Shown piece after piece: positions 13,401 through 26,591 of a stretch of 64,000 bases of DNA; within the stretch, counting starts at the first letter, position 1, and every line of letters begins with the position of its first letter. Origin of the DNA: Iphione sp. A-MEVVRFRX5 (lineage: Eukaryota). Below the pieces are notes generated by a model that did not search any database, was not told where the DNA came from, and saw only the letters and a program-made list of their open reading frames with translations. The DNA is taken from contig OZ320323.1 in NCBI GenBank assembly GCA_976226885.1, positions 44,392,001-44,456,000 on the forward strand. Reading direction: 5' to 3'. A program made the position numbers and the translations under genes.

Positions 13401-16400
13401 ACTTCCATCTGTAGAACGGAGGCGCCCCCTATGAGGGAGGCAACAACTGGCCACTACGCGGCGCTAAAGCCACTCTGTGGGAAGGAGGGGTGCGAGTGCC
13501 CAGCTTCGTTTGGGGAAAGATGCTGCACGAGCGAGGTTATGTCAGTAACGAGTAAGTTTTAGTATGTTTCAGAACGTTTCAAAGTAAACAAATGTGCTTG
13601 TTTATTGTTAATTTTGAGCATAAATATTTATAAAGCTTCAATCAGAGATCCGGTTGAAGTTCAGTTCTTATAGCATGTATTTCGTGTGGCCTGATTTGAA
13701 AAACAGGCATAAAAACACAAAACCAGACAATTGATTAATGGCATGATTATCAAAGACACAATTACATTCCAACTATTCATGTGGCAGTCATGATATGACC
13801 ACTTGAGACATGCGATATTCCACACATTCTCATACCACTCAAGACTCCATTGTTCCTGACACTCGTCTAGATTCACAGACACTTCAGAATACCATTACAT
13901 CAACTCCCTAACCTTACATACCATGCATAATGTGACCGTTGCATGAGATGAGAAATTCCTAAACCTTACATATACCAATCATGACATAATTATCCATGAC
14001 ACACACTAAGTCTCTACCCTTAACATAACCAAGCATGACATGACCATTTGTGACATTAGGAATTCCTTACCCTTACATACCAATCATAACATGATTACAT
14101 GTATTCAAGACACTCATCAACTCCCTACCCTTATATACCATGCATGACATGCTTATTCATGACATGAGAAATTCCCTCCCTTACATACCAATCATAACAT
14201 AATTATTCATGACATTTTTTTGTATTTAACTGAAATACTGACCTATTTGGATCATGTGATCCAATCTTGTGGTGGTCAGGTCCATTACATAACATCTTAG
14301 TGATCATTTGATCCCAGTAACACGCCTCCATTTCTTATACAAATTCAGTCACAGATTTTTCTTAAATTTGTCCGCTGATTTAGTTGGTCTTATACTTTTA
14401 GGCAGCACGTCTCATGCCTTTGTGCTTGTGTAATAAACACCGAACTATATAACCCAATCCTTGACTTTTTGAGCCTCACCTGCGGACCTTGCCTTCCAAA
14501 GGGTCTCTTGATCTGGTAATTTTTTGTTAGAACTTATACAACAGTGCGTTACAGTTACCAATTGTCGTTGCCTTCTAATGTCAAGATTGATATCACCCGT
14601 GGGCACCTCATGATTCACTATTACTTCATTACAACCACAAATTCTCTCCAGTTTCCTTACATACCTCTGTAATTTCTTCCATCCCCTGCTTGTAGTCTTG
14701 TTCAGGACACAGCAGTATGAACTTGTTACCGGCTCTATCATTACATTTAATACCTGCAAGCTAGTTTCTTTTGTCATGTAAGCTCTTGTTCTACGTAACA
14801 AACATTCTTTATGTCTTGTCTTACTTATCACCCTGTTACAGTGTTCAGTGAAATTCAACTTTTCATCCACTATTGTGCCTAGATAGTTATACGAGTTGCA
14901 CTCTTGCCAGTTTCTTATTCGCAAATATATATACACACCCTCAAACAGCTCCTCTCATATTTCACCTCTGGCACCACATAACATTTATCTTGATTTTTTT
15001 ACATTCAACAGCAGTCTATCATCATTACACCAGTTTTGTATTTTCCTCATGGCTGTGTTCATACGATAAAGACACTCCCCCCCCACTGTCTGCTCGGACC
15101 ACTAATGCTGAATCGTATGCATATAAATACATTTTACCATCATAATTCTGCAACATCAGGTCATTTATATACATTAGGAACGAAAGTGGTCCAAACAGAC
15201 TCCCATGGGGGACACCACAACTAATTCTGTCTGTCTTCCTCGGATATTCACAAAGTCTCTATATACCCGTACATAACCAAGCATGGCAATACCACTCATG
15301 ACATGAGAAATTCCCTTCCCTTACATACCACTCCTGATATGATTATTCACAACACTCACCAGCCCCGCCCCCTTTCACATACCATACATGGCATGACCAT
15401 TCATGACATGAGAAATTCCCTTCCCTTACATACCACTCCTGATATGATTATTCAACTAATTCTGTCTTCCTCGAATATTCACAAAGTTTCTACCCTTACA
15501 TAACCAAGCATGGCATGACCATTCATGACATGAGAAATTCCCTTCCCTTACATACCACTCATGATATGATTATTCACAACACTCACCAGCCCCCCCACAC
15601 ACTCACATACCATGCATGACATGACCATTCAGGATGATGAGATATTCCTTACTCTTACACACTATTTATGACATGACCATTGATGTCATGAGATATACAC
15701 TTCCTTTACACACCACTCCTGACATGTTTATTTATGACATTCATCACTCCCTGCCCGTAAATACCACTCATGACACATCCATCCCTTTCAAAGTCTCAGA
15801 CCTAATTGAATCTCATTGAATAACACATCCAGCCAATGATCACCTACATGACATGGGGTGACACCTTCCCAGCAGGCCTTTGAAACGAGCACATGAAATA
15901 CAGTACTGTGTAAATATAGGTTCCATGAAATATATTTGAACATAATGAAACTGAAAGAAGTAATGTACAACTAAATTTATGGCCTCCATGCCTGCCTCGT
16001 ATAGAGAAAACCGCCTATGGCACCACCTGAGTGCAGCCCCACTGTGACTGGCATGTCATTAGTGGAGCTTAGAGCTCATTTTATAGAATATATGGAAGAG
16101 AGCTCCCTGAGCTCCACCTTAGGAAGTACAGGCAATAATTGTCTCTCAGTCAACATGTGGTTTGATCAGATAGGGCCTAGCTCTTGCAAGCCGAGGGCAA
16201 GCAGGGGGCGAGCAGGGTGTGTAACTGTGTGTAGGTGTGTGTGTGAGTGCGTGAGATCCACATTGCAGCCTATGGTTGCACGTGTTGTTTGTCTCTACTG
16301 ACGTCTGTGATACACTGGGCTGCGACTGTAAAGTGTGTAAATTGTCTTCATTCTGTTCTCACATGTAGACTCGTCCATATTACTGACTGGACGCCCACGC

Positions 16401-19400
16401 TGCTAGCAGCCGCTGGAACTCGCACTCGTAAGTAAGGGGCTATTCACATATGTACATACTTGGAAGCTCTGCATCTATGTGTAGGAGCCTACTTTTCTTC
16501 CTGCCTATTTTAAAACAATACACATCTTCAGATGCATCCTGACAGTTTGAAATCCGCATCCGAATGCGGATCCAGATCTCAAACTGTCAGGGATGGGTTT
16601 TCTCTCCATCCACATGTGGATTACATAAGATCCTATAGTAAAATACATCTGGTTACCATATGGAAGTATTTGACTAACAATCTCTGCACGGGTCTTCTCC
16701 GTGTCCGCATGCTTATACAGAACATTTATAAGGATACATGTGAAAGAACTAGGAGGGTTTGTATTCCAGACAATCATTGCCATGTCAAAGGCAGGCTTTC
16801 TCCTGTGCTTTGTGGACCGCAGTAGGTTTATAAGGACACTTGACTGCAGTTTGGTGTGGCAGCGGTGAGGTCCATACAAGCAAGCCATCAGAATAAAAAT
16901 GAAACTGAAAGTCCAACAAGGAAGCCCTCGTATACAAATCTCTTCCGTGAAGCACCGTATGCACGTGTTTCACTGCTGGAGAAGCAGTCCGGTTATCGAG
17001 TTGTATGTTGTATTCGCTCATTCATTATTTTTTTTTGGGGGGGGGAGGGGAGAAGGTGGAGAATCTTTAGTATTGACGGGTGATGAGCAAGCTCTCTAAT
17101 AAAAATAGAGGCTCAAGGTGCTGAGAAAATGATACTTCGTTTAGTCAGTCTAGTCAATATTCTGATACCCTGCATGTGATGTACACTTAACTCATTCCAC
17201 CCCAACACCCTCATACCACATGGCACCCCTGGCCACTGTTAGATCCGACGTGCCTGCTAATGCCATGTTCATTATTATCAGGTGCACCGATAGATGGAGT
17301 GAATCAGCTACAGATGTTGACTGAGCGAGGTCCTTCAGCACGTAGAGAATTCATCTACAACATTAATGAAGTCAATGGGCGGGCAGCTATCAGGTAAGTA
17401 CAAGGACTATAATGGGCAAGTAGAGAGCATTCAACTATAATATCAACGAAGTTAATGGATGGGCAGCTATTAGGTAAATACTGGGCAAGTACAGAGAATC
17501 CATCTACATCGACGAAGTCAATGGGCGGGCAGCTATCAGGTAAGTACAAGGACTATCACACACAGAAGGTCCACGCTATTGATTTGGCTTACAACAATGA
17601 TTTATTCATGGATAGCTGCCATTTCTAGGCACATATGTTTACATACACGAAACTCTTGGATATTATACATAGCATTTCCAGCCCTATATGATATATTCAT
17701 GCCGCATGGGTGGGCGGTGGTCAACGAACAGCAGTGTGGCTTGAATGAGCTGCGTTTCACGCCCCTGGACTATGAATACCACACTGCTACCTACCCCCTC
17801 TGGCGCAATAAGTAAGAACTATCCAGTTCTAGACCTATAATGGGCAAGTAGAGAGAATTCATCTACAGCATCAATTAAGTCAATGGATGGGCAGCTATTA
17901 GGTAAATACAAGGACTATATGGTACAGAGAATTCATCTACATCGACGAAGTCAGTGGGTGAGCAGATGTCAGGTAATGATGGAGACTTCAATGGGCAAGT
18001 ACAGGAAATACTCTTTGATATCAATGGAGAACTGGCTATTTAGTAATAAGAGAGAAATAAGGTATAGTATTTATTCAACTAATGTCAGAGATACGGTAAG
18101 TAAAGAGAAAAAATATCCATTGAATTAATGGGGTAACTGTTAAGTAAGTACAGAGCTTTCAAACTCAACATCAATGAAGTTTGTAGGTAGAAATTATTGT
18201 CTTCAACAATAAGACGTTCAAGTTTGTGATTTCCAAAGCTGTAATATTATACATTCTCCTTTTTCAAAATTGTTTAAAGTCTCTCTACAATTGAACAACA
18301 ATACTTCTGCCTGGGATTCTAGAGTCTTCCTATACGTAAACTTTTTGTTCAGAGGTGTACAAAAATCATTTCCTAACACACGTTAAAAATATAGTCTTCC
18401 TTGCTACTGACCTGGCTTTTCTATGTGAAACTGCAATTTTTTTTTTCCAGAAAAACAAGATTTTCCAATGTTTGTTATTGCAGAGTTGGGCCCTGGAAAT
18501 TGCTTCTGGGAAATCCAGGAAAATACAACGACTGGTACCGGCCTCCCACCTGGTGGTCGACACCGGCAGAAACATGGCGCTGGCGAGTCCTGTCTGGGGC
18601 GCAAGGCAACCGTCACATGAACAGCACGCTCCTTTTTAACATCATAGGTATGGTAAACCTGACCTTAGCATTATAGGAATGGGAAGTCTAACCATTAGCA
18701 TTATAGGTATGGTATATCTAACCTTTAACACCATAGGTATGGTAAATCGAATTTTTAACGTCATAGGTATGGTCAATCTAATCTTTAACATCATACGTAT
18801 GGAAAATATGATATTTAACATCATAGGGATGGTTAATCTACCCTTTAGCATCAAAATTATGGTAAATGTAACCTTTCACATCATAGGTTTGAGAAATTTC
18901 TTCCTTAGCATCATAGATATGGGAGATCTAACCTTTAATATCACAGGTATGGTAAAAATAACCTTAAACATCATAGGTATGGTAAATCTAACTTTTAATA
19001 TCATAGGCTAAGGAAATGTCTTCAGCATCGTAAGTATATGTATGTAAATTTAGTCTTTAATATCGCAGCTGTGGTAGATTTCTTAATCTCTTTGCCATTA
19101 TAGAAATGGTAAATCTGCCCTTTAGCATCAAAAGTATCATAAATATTCTCCTAATCCTAGAAGGAACTGGGGGGAGAGCTAGAAACAAAGGGAGAGGAGA
19201 GAATGAGACAGGGATGCAAGGATTGAGGCAGAGATAGAGATAGCGAACAAGGGAGCCGGAGAGACTGGGATCTCGAGATATACAAGGGTAGAGAGAAGGA
19301 GAGATCAAGAGAGCGAGAAAGAGGGAGAGAGTTAGAGGAGAGAAGGTGGGAGAGGCAGAGAGATACAGATAGAGAGCAAGAGAGAGAGGCAGGGTGAGGA

Positions 19401-20191
19401 ACAGAGAGGGAGAGGAGGGAGAGAGAAGGAGAGAAATAGAGGGAAGGAGAGGGGGAGGGGAGAGAGATAGAGGGAGAGATAGAGAGAGGGGGAGATAGGA
19501 AGAGAGATAGAGAGAGAAAGAAGGAGATAGACAGAGATTCTCACTTTATAAAGCTGCATATAACAGAGTTTAGTTCCCTTGCATCTTGGTGCAACCAAAC
19601 TCCTCTCTAGTATGAGGGGGAGAGGGCGGCGGGGTGGGGGCTTAAGAACTGAACTACAGCAGAAATTCTATTTGCAACCACCACTCGGGACCAAGCTCAA
19701 ATGATCGTATTGGTAAATTTGATTGGAAATTGATAATTGTTTATATAGAACTAAAAGACTTTTGTGCCAGGCTGCGGTGGTCGTATTAGCTAGAAAGGTC
19801 GTAAATTAATATGGTTGCAAATAGGAGTCTGACTGTACATGAAAGAACTGAACTACAGGATGCATGTACCTTGATCACCTAGATTATTTTCCATTTACAT
19901 GTAACTTCTATGCCATCTGTGCTAAGAAATTTCCGTCAATGTAAAAAAAGTACACATGTACATATATACAGTCGCACGCTGATTGCAAATTACACTTTCC
20001 ATTTCTGACCTCTGCTAGACGACCCTTTGGAGAGGATGAACTTGGCCGAGAGGAAGCCCCACCTGGTGAAGAGACTGAGACGGAGGCTGAATACGTACAA
20101 ACGGAAACTCGTGGCGGCCGTGAACCCCAAAAAGGTGCGGAAGTCACACCCGAGGTTCTGGGGCGGCTTCTGGTCGCCGGGCTGGTGCTGA
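2451..20191 (+). CDS. Arylsulfatase, ARSB/ARSI/ARSJ-like (formylglycine-dependent sulfatase), 5'-partial, 12 exons, about 412 aa in window
   Basis: Exons 2451-2502, 3091-3194, 5940-6052, 6264-6325, 7485-7586, 9058-9121, 12085-12182, 13415-13551, 16369-16427, 17282-17393, 18484-18647, 20019-20191. All are GT-AG and phase-consistent. Motifs: (P)[95 protein letters not shown]. The catalytic Cys of CxPxR lies in an upstream exon not found in the window. AATAAA at 20270-20275. Confidence 0.93.
4085..4570. repeat. CAC-rich minisatellite (CACCATCACCAACAT-like), interrupted by a MITE
   Basis: Degenerate tandem units on both sides of 4250-4416. Confidence 0.8.
4250..4416 (+). mobile_element. MITE, family with CAGGCCCGTAGCCA terminal inverted repeats
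   Basis: Ends CAGGCCCGTAGCCA ... TGGCTATGGGCCTG. Flanked by CAACATG/CAACGTG. Homologous copies at 61202-61356, 62463-62651 and 63961-64000. Confidence 0.8.
4840..5640. repeat. CT-rich tract followed by GA-rich tract
   Basis: Pyrimidine arm about 4840-5165, purine arm about 5180-5640. Confidence 0.85.
6920..7135. repeat. (GA)n / GACA low-complexity tract
   Basis: Direct reading. Confidence 0.85.
8388..8560 (+). mobile_element. Penelope-like element terminal fragment with minimal hammerhead-like motif (core 8444-8479)
   Basis: CCC-CTGAAGA-AGG...CC-GAAA-CGTT-GGG, matching CUGANGA...GAAA plus a palindromic ACGT. Adjacent to a (CATA)n microsatellite. The assignment is by pattern only. Confidence 0.45.
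12778..13400. repeat. Minisatellite (GGTCCTACTGTACAGGTCTACTCTATG-like) at 12778-13125, resuming at 13340-13400 next to the exon 8 acceptor
   Basis: Direct reading. Confidence 0.85.
13880..15790. repeat. Degenerate satellite of roughly 50-60 bp (CATGACATGAGAAATTCCCTTCCCTTACATACC...), two blocks at about 13880-14220 and 15260-15790
   Basis: Repeated units flank an inserted LINE fragment. Confidence 0.75.
14445..14936 (-). mobile_element. Degenerate non-LTR retrotransposon fragment (C-terminal RT/thumb region, CR1/L2/Rex1-like)
   Basis: Translation [34 protein letters not shown]...IEP...YCCV resembles the YLG-x-x-D-x-x-L-x-F/W post-RT segment of these clades. Confidence 0.7.
18633..19130 (+). 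repeat. 30-bp tandem array derived from the sulfatase exon 11 end plus donor (TTTAACATCATAG|GTATGGTAAATCTAACC)
   Basis: The first unit overlaps the real junction at 18647/18648. Confidence 0.85.
19165..19540. repeat. GA-rich low-complexity tract
   Basis: Direct reading. Confidence 0.85.
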
Positions 20192-21689
20192 ACCCCACCG
20201 ACAGGGGGCGGGCTGGTGCTGAGCCCCACCGACAGGGGGCGAGCTGGGACGGGGAACGACGTGTACTTAAATAAATATTCAAAGGGAACTGTTGTGAAAC
20301 GTTTGCAATCGTGTCCTCAGTCCTCTTTTCTTAACCTTTTTCAAGACGGATCATAGCTTAATTAGTCAGGAAATCAGGAAATGCTTCCATGAGTTGAATT
20401 TTAACTTATATATTTTGACTAATACTCCTTTCCACTAAACATCTGAAGGAAACAAGAAAGCAGATGCAGACATGTAAATATGCTCTGACATATTCCGAGA
20501 AAACGTAAAACGTTTAAATAACCTGTGGAATAAGATTTCAAATTTATTTTGTTACAAACATTATGAAAAGATAACGAACAAAATATTGCACAGTCTCCTA
20601 TAAACGCGGAGTCCTAAAACCACCTGTATACTCTTGAGTGCAATTCTGATGGGACAAAAACGAAGGGAAATACATGTATACTAGAAGAGAACAATGATAA
20701 TAAATAATCAATGATTGTTGTATCACCTTCAGGACCGTAAGTAGACATTTGGTCTGGAGGGGGGTGTAAGGGCATTTTTGCTTCAAAGAAGAACTCCTCG
20801 AGTACTGAAATGTTTTGTTAATGTTTTCCAATATTTTACTATGAAAAGAGTTAGATATACCCAAATGGTTGAAAACTAATAAATGGCATAGTACATATAT
20901 TAGAATCCTAGTTCTTGTATTTACAGGAGAGGTTAGGATGAACCCCCGATCCCCCCCCTCCCAGTGACGGGTCTCAGTTTGAACCTGTAGAAAACAGTAA
21001 TCCTTAAATGCAAAGATGCTCCTTCAGACAAGAGTGTGGACCTGTGAGGTCTATTGTCCCCCGCCATCAACTGCCCATAAAGATGGGGGGGGAGAAGGAG
21101 AGAGAAAGAGAGGGAAAATGAGTGAATGAGAGAGAGAGAGAAAGTGTGTGTGTGTGTGTGTGTATGTGTAGTGTCTCTCTCTCCTTACAACCACCTTGAT
21201 TGGCAGCTTGTTTTGGGGGTAGTTGGCTAGACTTGTTTAAGTCCTTCAGGTTTACAACTCTCGGTTCTGCCTGACCGGGCACAGCCCCCTCGGTTCTGCC
21301 TCACTGAGCACCAGACTGCTACAAACCCTCGGTTCTGCATGACTGAGCACTGAGTGTGTATGTATGTACATTGTTAGACCTAGGAACCCCTGAACCAGGT
21401 ATGTATGTTTGTAGGTGTGTTAGGAAAAGAGTAAAATTGACATAATTTCACCTTCCAAATATTTGAATTACTACCAAAATTACCCAGTGCCATGGGGCCA
21501 TATATACCAATATCATATATTAAAATCAGTTTTTTTGAGTGAAGGGTTTAAGACTTATAAGACCCACAAGAGTGTGACGGATGGTCGGGACACCAGCTGG
21601 CAGCATTCCTAATGTCCCCCCCCTCTATGAGGCGGGGGACAAAAATAGGATCACAGAAATACAGGCTTGGTGCTGCAGATGGCAGCAAC

Positions 21690-21880
21690 AGGTCCCATGA
21701 GCTGCTCGTATCACCTTCCAAGGATTCCAGGGTCCCAGTAGCCTACTTATAGTTACAATATCATTAGAGCATGAGCTGCTCGTACCACCTTCCAAGGATT
21801 CAAGGGTACCAGTAGCCTAATTATAGTTACAATATCCTTAGAGCATGAGCTGTTATCACCTTCCAAGGGCTCCACTAGCT
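21690..21880. repeat. About 3 tandem copies of a roughly 72-bp unit (CATGAGCTGCTCGTATCACCTTCCAAGG...)
   Basis: Direct reading. Confidence 0.75.
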
Positions 21881-24685
21881 TGCTTATAGGTAAAACACTA
21901 TCCTACATTTTCAAGTATAACAATACAATCTGCATAGGTACAAGGTGTTCCCACAGTCCTTGTCTTTCTTTCCTTAGGGCTGAGCAGCAGAGGTAGTGGT
22001 TAACCATCATGTTTGATAGGTAGCAGCATTTTGGACAGATGCTGTTTCCCAATATTTCCTGGTTATGCCCTGCAGCATGTTCTCAGTATTCTGACTGATG
22101 TCTTGTGTGAAGGATGTGTGTGTGTGTGCTGTGAACACCATGTATAAAATATATTCACAGGCGAATGGCTGCAGTGCATGCTGCATGTTGAGGTCGTGAA
22201 AGTTAAGCATCATTTAGCCTGGTTAGTACTTCGATGGGTGAGAACCTGAGCAGCCAGACTTGGGGGGGGGGGGACTGGTGGCAGCTATCATCTGAAAACG
22301 CATTTTCACTGGCTAATGGATGATAAGTCACTAGGGGGTTGGTGATGGTCGGGGAAGGAGGCTCCTGACTAAGTGGGGGTGGGGGGATGGGCGGTGGCGA
22401 GTGGTTGGGGGTGCTGTGGGGCCGTCAATCACCAGCCTTCCACCTTCCCTCCCACTCTAGCACCCCTGCTCCAGCTTTCCTCTCATCTGAATCTAGAATA
22501 AGCACTCGAAAATACTGTGTAACACCACTTCATGCCAGCTCAGACTAGAAAGGAGGCCATGTCTCCACTACCGCTGGTATTAAGTGGAGGTCATATCATC
22601 CACTAAACGTGCCAGCACTGTAAGACGATATGACCTCAAATGATTATCAATCATTAACAGCTTAGTCCAATTGAATAGATTTATTTATCGTCTAGTTAAT
22701 GAAATATGCCAACACTTCCTGAAAAAATCAGTTTATTAAGAAAAAAACAATACTATCACAACCAACAAAACATTTTAAACGAGTAATGCTAATTGCTGGT
22801 GACTGACTAAAGATATATGAAAGGTTGCTGATGGCAGCAATTCTTACAAAGATGTCAGCTAAAGGGACATGGGCAGGGCCCAAACACATCTTACATCCGT
22901 TATTTATCTGATGTCTGAACAGGGTACAAACACATCTTAAATCTGTTACTTATCTGATGTTAAATCTCAATATTTTAGTCCTGTCAGCACACCTTAGGGG
23001 ATTTACAGAAAATAAGGCATTTACAAACATGTAAACCCAATATCTGCAATATTTTTACAATATATATAAAACTGTGTGATAGCAACCATTCAAATATAAA
23101 TACCAAAATTTCATAAAATGAGATAGACAAGATAATTTTACTGAACGAGTCAGTTTTAAGAAAACGTTTCAGTTCACAATATTTGAATCGATCTCTCCTT
23201 TTCGCATTAAAGGATCTTTCCTTATCTTTTGCTTCACAATCAACTAACTCCACTGCCTACTGACATCTTCCTCCTGGTTTCAACGATCACTAGCTCTGGA
23301 TCTCTGTACGACGACATTTGAAATTTAATAAAGCACTGAACCTTATGCCAAGCTGTCGGCTAAATCCGCTCCATCATGTTTTACGCTTTGAAGTGACTAG
23401 GAGAGATGGCACGTTTTGATTGGCTGACAGCTCAGTATGATTGGAACATTCTCAGTCAGGCATTGCATTGTCGTGCATCGGGGTGAAACGTCATTAGTGT
23501 ACACATGCATCAGGTACCGACGTTCCAATATCTGTAAATTCGTAACGATCCTTTAACTATACTGTATACTTACATGTACATTCATAAACGAACACAGATA
23601 CATGCATATGAAAACAAAGGTCTATTTCCATAAAACTCATGTTGTCTGGACACCCACCTCTGAAATGCCTGTCGTTTTTGCTGGCAATATTAACATACAG
23701 TGTAATATAGGTACATATATACAGTTTGCGAAACATGACTTATATGACTAGAACCACACTGAAAGACATTGCATAAGGATCTGACTTCTACACCTGTGAC
23801 AAGGTGACTTGTTTGTTTAACAGATGGCGCCGTCAAACACAGATCGTTCGAGACGGTTATTTTGGTTAAGAGTGACCTGCGAGTCTCAGAAACAGTCGTG
23901 AAATCTTGATTATGAACAAATGTACGTATACATGTGAGAATCGCACGGAATCAAAATGCATGTTAATACATGTACTTTGTACATGCATGGCATCCCATGG
24001 AGCTGTGTGCAGCAGTGCTCACGTGTATAAGCCAGATGTGATGAGTTTATACCAATGCTGTAGTACGCATTCTTTACATGTCGATATATGAAGGTTTACA
24101 GGATGGCCAAAATTCTCCTGGTTTTTCAATACTTCAAGATTTTCCATAATTAAAGATTTCATTAAACAAAGTTTGTTTTTCTCACATCAACTCTACTTCT
24201 GTATACTCCTCTTTCTTGTTTGAGTTACATCCAAAATGACAAATGCTTACTGAAAATATCTAAAAAAAAAATTAAAAAATCGGTACACATGTATTCATGT
24301 AACACAATTATATAGTCTCTCAAGTTATCTTTCCCTAACAGATCATGATTTCCTTTTGGAACAAAATTCCATGATTTTCAATGATTTCAGGTTAACTTTT
24401 CCATAATAAATTCCAAAATTCCATATTTCCCTGGTCGTTAAGATTTATTCCCTCCAAATGGCTGGCAGCCGCGATCCCTATTCTTTTACCTTCTATGTGA
24501 AAAAGCAGGTATTTAGTGATTCAATGAGATCATTCTATCCTTCTATAACCATCATACCAGGATGATACCAACCGCAGTATGTATCAACTGTCAAACGGTA
24601 CATCCAAACATTTGAGACACTCAATAAATCAACATAGTCCAAACCAATTCCTTAAATACAACTGATTGAGTGAGAATGAGCCGCT

Positions 24686-24837
24686 CGCTGGACGTTGAAG
24701 TGACAGGTAGTGCTGACATAATTCTCACTAATTGTGACATCATAATTAGAATCGATCAATCAGAGGGCTTAAAATTGTGACAATGTCAAGATTAGTAAAA
24801 ATGATGTCGGCACTACCGTTTACTTCAACATTTAACG
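24686..24837. mobile_element. Palindromic MITE-like element (family copy 1; others at 25864-26030 and 29405-29590)
   Basis: About 55-bp imperfect inverted arms, with a shared core GACATCATAA...AATCA...GCTTAAAATTGTGACAAT. Confidence 0.6.
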
Positions 24838-25863
24838 ATCCGTCAATTGACAGTAGACGACAACCAATAGGGCAGTGAATCTTCAAAATACAACACATGA
24901 GATGGGACAACTAAATGAATACATACTTGCAATATAAAGCTCAGACACCCACTAAATTCTGTAACGTGAAATATTTATTTAAAAAAAGTACTTATCATGG
25001 GTCTGGTTACCAAAAAAAACCATGTTCATGTGCTGTATACCTTTTCCCTCAATGGAAGCGATCAACCAAGTTTCTGGGTAGCATCAAGGCTCAAAGGGGG
25101 GCTTAAACGCCACGTTGAGATCAGCTGTACACCTTAATCTACACTGCCGATTCGTCCATGTACTTCTACGTTCATACAGTAATACAGTACTACAGGTCTG
25201 CAAGTGGTGAAACGGAACTAGGTACGGTCCTGTCAGTCCTGGTATAACCCAGAGAAACGAACGATCACACGTCACATAATAGTTTATCTAGCTTGGCAAA
25301 TCCTCCCGTTAAGACATTAATAATTGACTGTGGGGAGTGACCGCCTGGTCCTCCTCATTCATTTGTATGAGAGAGCAAGGCTGACTCGGTGGTATATGGC
25401 AGTGTCTGTGGCATGTGACTACGTGTGTCTACATGTGTCTACATGTGTAGAGTGTCGAGCACCCACTATTTCACACTTGGGATGTAACATTCCATGAAGG
25501 TAATGGTATGATCTGACAACTCGGGCACAATGTCTCCAATCCCGTTTTTCTTAAATCAACCTTGTTCTGTTAGAGGAGAACCTCTTGCGTCAGGTTTAAC
25601 ACTACATCATTCAACTCACACTCTTTTCTACACAATTAAAAGTTATTATGAATCTGAACTCAGACAGAACATAACGTATCGAACTCCCACAATATTTTTG
25701 TTCACAGCGGTCTAGCCTTGTTTAAGAAAGAAGGTACAAGGTAATTTTCAATCAAATCAGTTACGAAGGAGGTAAAGAAATGAACACAAGACTCTGCTCA
25801 GTCTTGGACTGAGTGGTATCTACCTGACGTGAAAATAATGACACAAAGACTCTAAGGTTAATG

Positions 25864-26030
25864 GACCAATCGCTGACGACTGAATAAACAGGTACTACCG
25901 ACACATTTTTTATCGTTTGAGACATCATAATGGGAATTAACTAATCAAATCGCTTAAAACTGTGACAATCTCACAATTTGGTGACAATTGTGTCCACACT
26001 ACCCGTTTATTCGACCATTGGCGATTGGCT
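25864..26030. mobile_element. Palindromic MITE-like element (family copy 2)
   Basis: Arms CCAATCGCTGA.../...TGGCGATTGG, with the core shared with 24686-24837. Confidence 0.55.
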
Positions 26031-26591
26031 CATTCCTTGCAATGGGTTGAAGTTTAAAAATGGTACAATGACATATTTGCCTGGCGTGAGAAATGATGCT
26101 GGTTAAGACTCGGCTGAATCTTTGAATTCGGTGGTAACCAGGCCATAGTTTCTTCTTGCATACAGGTTGAGAAAATGGAGATGCTAAGTCCGTTCATTCC
26201 TTGAAGTGGGTTGTAGTTAACATAAATCAAGACGTTTCTTACTAACCCCCTCCCCCCTCCGCCCACGTTTTACAAGAGCATGAGACACGATGAAAGACTG
26301 GGTTCAATCCTTGGACTGGGGTGGCCACTCGACACCAGTCATTTAATATCTACCCACTCCGCGACTGATTGCTGAGCCCTACTGACCTGGGTAATATCAT
26401 GCAAAGGTTGCGCTCATAAGTTAAAAGAATAAATATATCGATGGCATACAAACTGTACACTCTGTCGGTTCCTAGCTAAACACCCGCCCACCACTCCCAA
26501 CTCCCACCACCACCTCCCCCCACCCCCCAACCACGGGTGGGAGGGGAGGGGCGGGGTTTAGTTAGTTGGGGGGTGGCCGGGTTGGCTCCTG

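Noticed and set aside
20900-23500. Possible small minus-strand gene (ATTGG boxes near 23420-23445, MSSYRDPELV... segment, repeat at 21690-21880)
   Set aside because: I could not build a phase-consistent exon chain or recognise a product.
26285-26400. tRNA gene or tRNA-derived SINE (GGTTCAATCC B-box-like at 26301-26310)
   Set aside because: No A box or cloverleaf. At most a SINE remnant.
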